From: Hypanus sabinus
Lineage: Eukaryota
Direction: 5' to 3'
Assembly: GCF_030144855.1 (NCBI RefSeq)
Contig: NC_082730.1
Span: 13,764,001 to 13,828,000, forward strand
DNA length: 64,000 nucleotides
Positions 61,836-64,000 of this stretch are shown here, piece by piece. Both the position numbers and the translations under genes were made by a program. Under the pieces are notes generated by a model. The model had not been told where the DNA came from. It did no database searches and saw only the letters and a list, made by a program, of their open reading frames with translations. The stretch's first letter is position 1, and each line of letters starts with the position of its first letter.

Positions 61836-61924
61836 TGTTCTGTTGACAGTGACCAACCGGGCAGCACTTGTCTGTCGCTCAGCTCTTTGCTCTAAGAACT
61901 AAATGAATGACTGAGACAAATAGG

Positions 61925-61965
61925 ATGTGGAAGTTGAATGAGGAAGAAGGAGGCAGCAGGAAGTT
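61925..61965. promoter_or_regulatory. Ets-type GGAA cluster upstream of leader, copy 2
   Basis: GGAAGT 61929, GAGGAAG 61940, CAGGAAGT 61957. Confidence 0.4.
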
Positions 61966-62621
61966 CAGTTGTGAAACCATCGTGAGCCAGAGGATGAAAT
62001 CGGAAGCCTTAGAATCTGAGGCGCTCTCGGCTGAACTGAACAGAAGAATCGAATTGAACTTTCATTATCTCATTGAATAGTGAGGGATAGTTACTGTCAG
62101 CAAAACTACTAATAACAGCCTGACTGGGGAGTTAATGATGACTGTGACAAAGATACTGCTATCACTCCAGTTGATTATGATGCTCTCCTCATTCCCTTTA
62201 TGGAGAAATGCCTGTGTGTTCCTTTGTTTAATGTGTGGAGGCCGACTAATGGGCAGCACCACAAGGTCCTTGACCGATCACAGTCAGGGTCCAGTGGCAT
62301 GGAGTGCAGGACAACTCTGGAACTTCTCTGCTGTAGCCTTCCTCCACCTTCAGTTCCGTTGTGATGCATCATCATCTTGTCTTGTCCATACTGCCCCAAC
62401 CGCCGCCACTGGGCTGTAAACGTGCAGGAGCAGAGTGTGGTTCAGTGCCCTGCTCAAGGACACACACACGCTGCCTCGGCTGAGGTTCGAACTAATGACC
62501 TTCAGATCGCTAACCCAAGGCCACTTGGCCACATGCCAATCTTCTGCCAGCTCCACCACTGAGGACTTTTTTGGATCGCTGTTTGTATGGAAATACCTGT
62601 GGTGATATCATGTGTCATGTG

Positions 62622-64000
62622 TGTTACAAACCCAGTAACTGGGTCACTTACCAGCAAAGATAGAGAGGTCCGTTGCAGTCTGATGGTACTGTTTTTAAAA
62701 GTACTTATTGATAAAGGGGCACAAAAATAAGATTAATGCAAACATACAGATAATATACGTCGTTAATACTAAATCTAAAGTGCGGGTATAATAATAACCA
62801 ATAAGAAATAGCTCTATTGTTGTCTAGGGGATAATGTATTGTCTGATGGAAATATAACAGTCACTGTTAGTTCGTTCAAGCTGCAGCGTTTTTGGGTTTA
62901 ATAGCGAGGCAGTTTAAACTTGGCCAGGTCTTTTAGGATGTCAATCCATTGAGTCAGGGGAGTGGGTTTCCCCTTTGTTAGCTAAAAGCCGTTTTCTGTG
63001 GTTTCAGCCACCAGTTCCAGCAATGGAACTGAATGCACGTGGCCTCCTTCAGATGACTTCCTGCTGTTACGTGGTCGCTTAATGTTTCTTCTGGTGTGTC
63101 TGAGGGGCTGTTCCTACAGATCCTCTTTTACCCTGACTCGCAGGGTCGTAGGTGTCAATCAGGTTGGGGGTGTGCAATCCCTCCCTCAACCGATCCACTT
63201 TGCCTGAGGGCGTTCACGTAGCATAGCCCTTAATCCACAACTTCGCCTTCCGGAGACAATGGCCATGTCCCGTAGCTTTACATCGCTGGGGAAACGAGAC
63301 ATTCTGCATGTCTCTTCTCTCATTTCCTGGGCCCCTTGACCCAACCCAACAGTGATCTTGCGATTCTCATAAAGGAGGGGGCTACGGACGTAACCCACCC
63401 TTTCTTTAATGCGTTTTTTTTACCATCGGGAAATAAACGAAGTTATACAGAGTCTTACAGGGTGTTAGAATCTAACACAACACCAAAATTTTTTTTTCTA
63501 GAGTAATACAGTTCTACATTCAATTCAGTATCTAAACAGTTAACGATTACAGTGTCACTTTCTTTAATATCTTAACATCTTGTACAGTACTAAAGTCTTG
63601 TAGCATCAGACTTCAATTTAATAACCACCTGTTTTTATTTCTTTCCTTCAGCAACAAAACTAAGGAGGTGTGATCTTAGCTTACATGCATCTACAAAAGT
63701 TTATGTAAATACTAATCTTACGGTCATTTTCAAACTGAACAGGCCGGCTTCCAGGGGGTTGTCTTTATTATTCACAGTCTTTGTCGAAATCCCGAACAAC
63801 CGGCTTAGCTATTTAAAAATGGCGTCCCCATTAACCGTCGCCTCTTTTCCGGTGAGTTCCCATGTGGGGAGCTTGGCTAATGTGGCGAGATAAACCCTCG
63901 CCCACCTTTTCCATAGGAATTATTTTATCAACACCATGTCCCAAACTTAGACCATCTTCTGAATTTCCACCCAACTCTTTAATTTTACACAGGTGGCTAG
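62622..64000 (-). mobile_element. Probable 3' LTR (62622-63395) plus PPT of an LTR element running off the window
   Basis: TGTTAC..GTAAC(C) termini followed by CACCCTTTCTTT (PPT on the minus strand); paralog homology breaks exactly at 62621/62622; no pol motif recognised. Confidence 0.55.

Larger units (their letters stand above)
41015..62621 (-). repeat. Segmental duplication copy 2 (Ig-receptor gene unit)
   Basis: Colinear with 3835-32140; right end interrupted by an LTR at 62622. Confidence 0.93.

Overview
Repeat-dense vertebrate DNA. The repeat repertoire (L1, CR1, Rex-Babar, Penelope, HE1-like SINE) suggests a cartilaginous fish, probably a ray; this is an inference. The host content is a tandem segmental duplication (about 3.8-32.1 kb and 41.0-62.6 kb) of a minus-strand immunoglobulin-superfamily receptor gene. 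Each copy has the exon order leader, CD300/pIgR-like V, FCRL-like C2, second V, P/S-rich stalk, and all splice junctions are phase 1. Each copy has a different lesion: copy 2 has a nonsense codon in C2, and copy 1 has a deletion through the stalk exon. A frameshifted fifth V relic lies between the copies. I found no transmembrane exon. Copy-specific insertions can be checked against the empty site in the paralog. They include three L1s (one full-length with a 13-bp TSD, one internally deleted), a near-complete PNMA-gag Gypsy provirus whose flanks indicate a ~5.7 kb host deletion, a non-autonomous relative with a TTTG TSD, and solo LTRs. The most striking observation is in the non-autonomous LTR element. 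Its RNaseH/integrase core is replaced by ~520 bp encoding three discontiguous segments of a sarcomeric myosin heavy-chain rod (MYH16-like by my recollection), in frame with the RT remnant and the integrase tail. All alignments were done by eye; no database searches were run.
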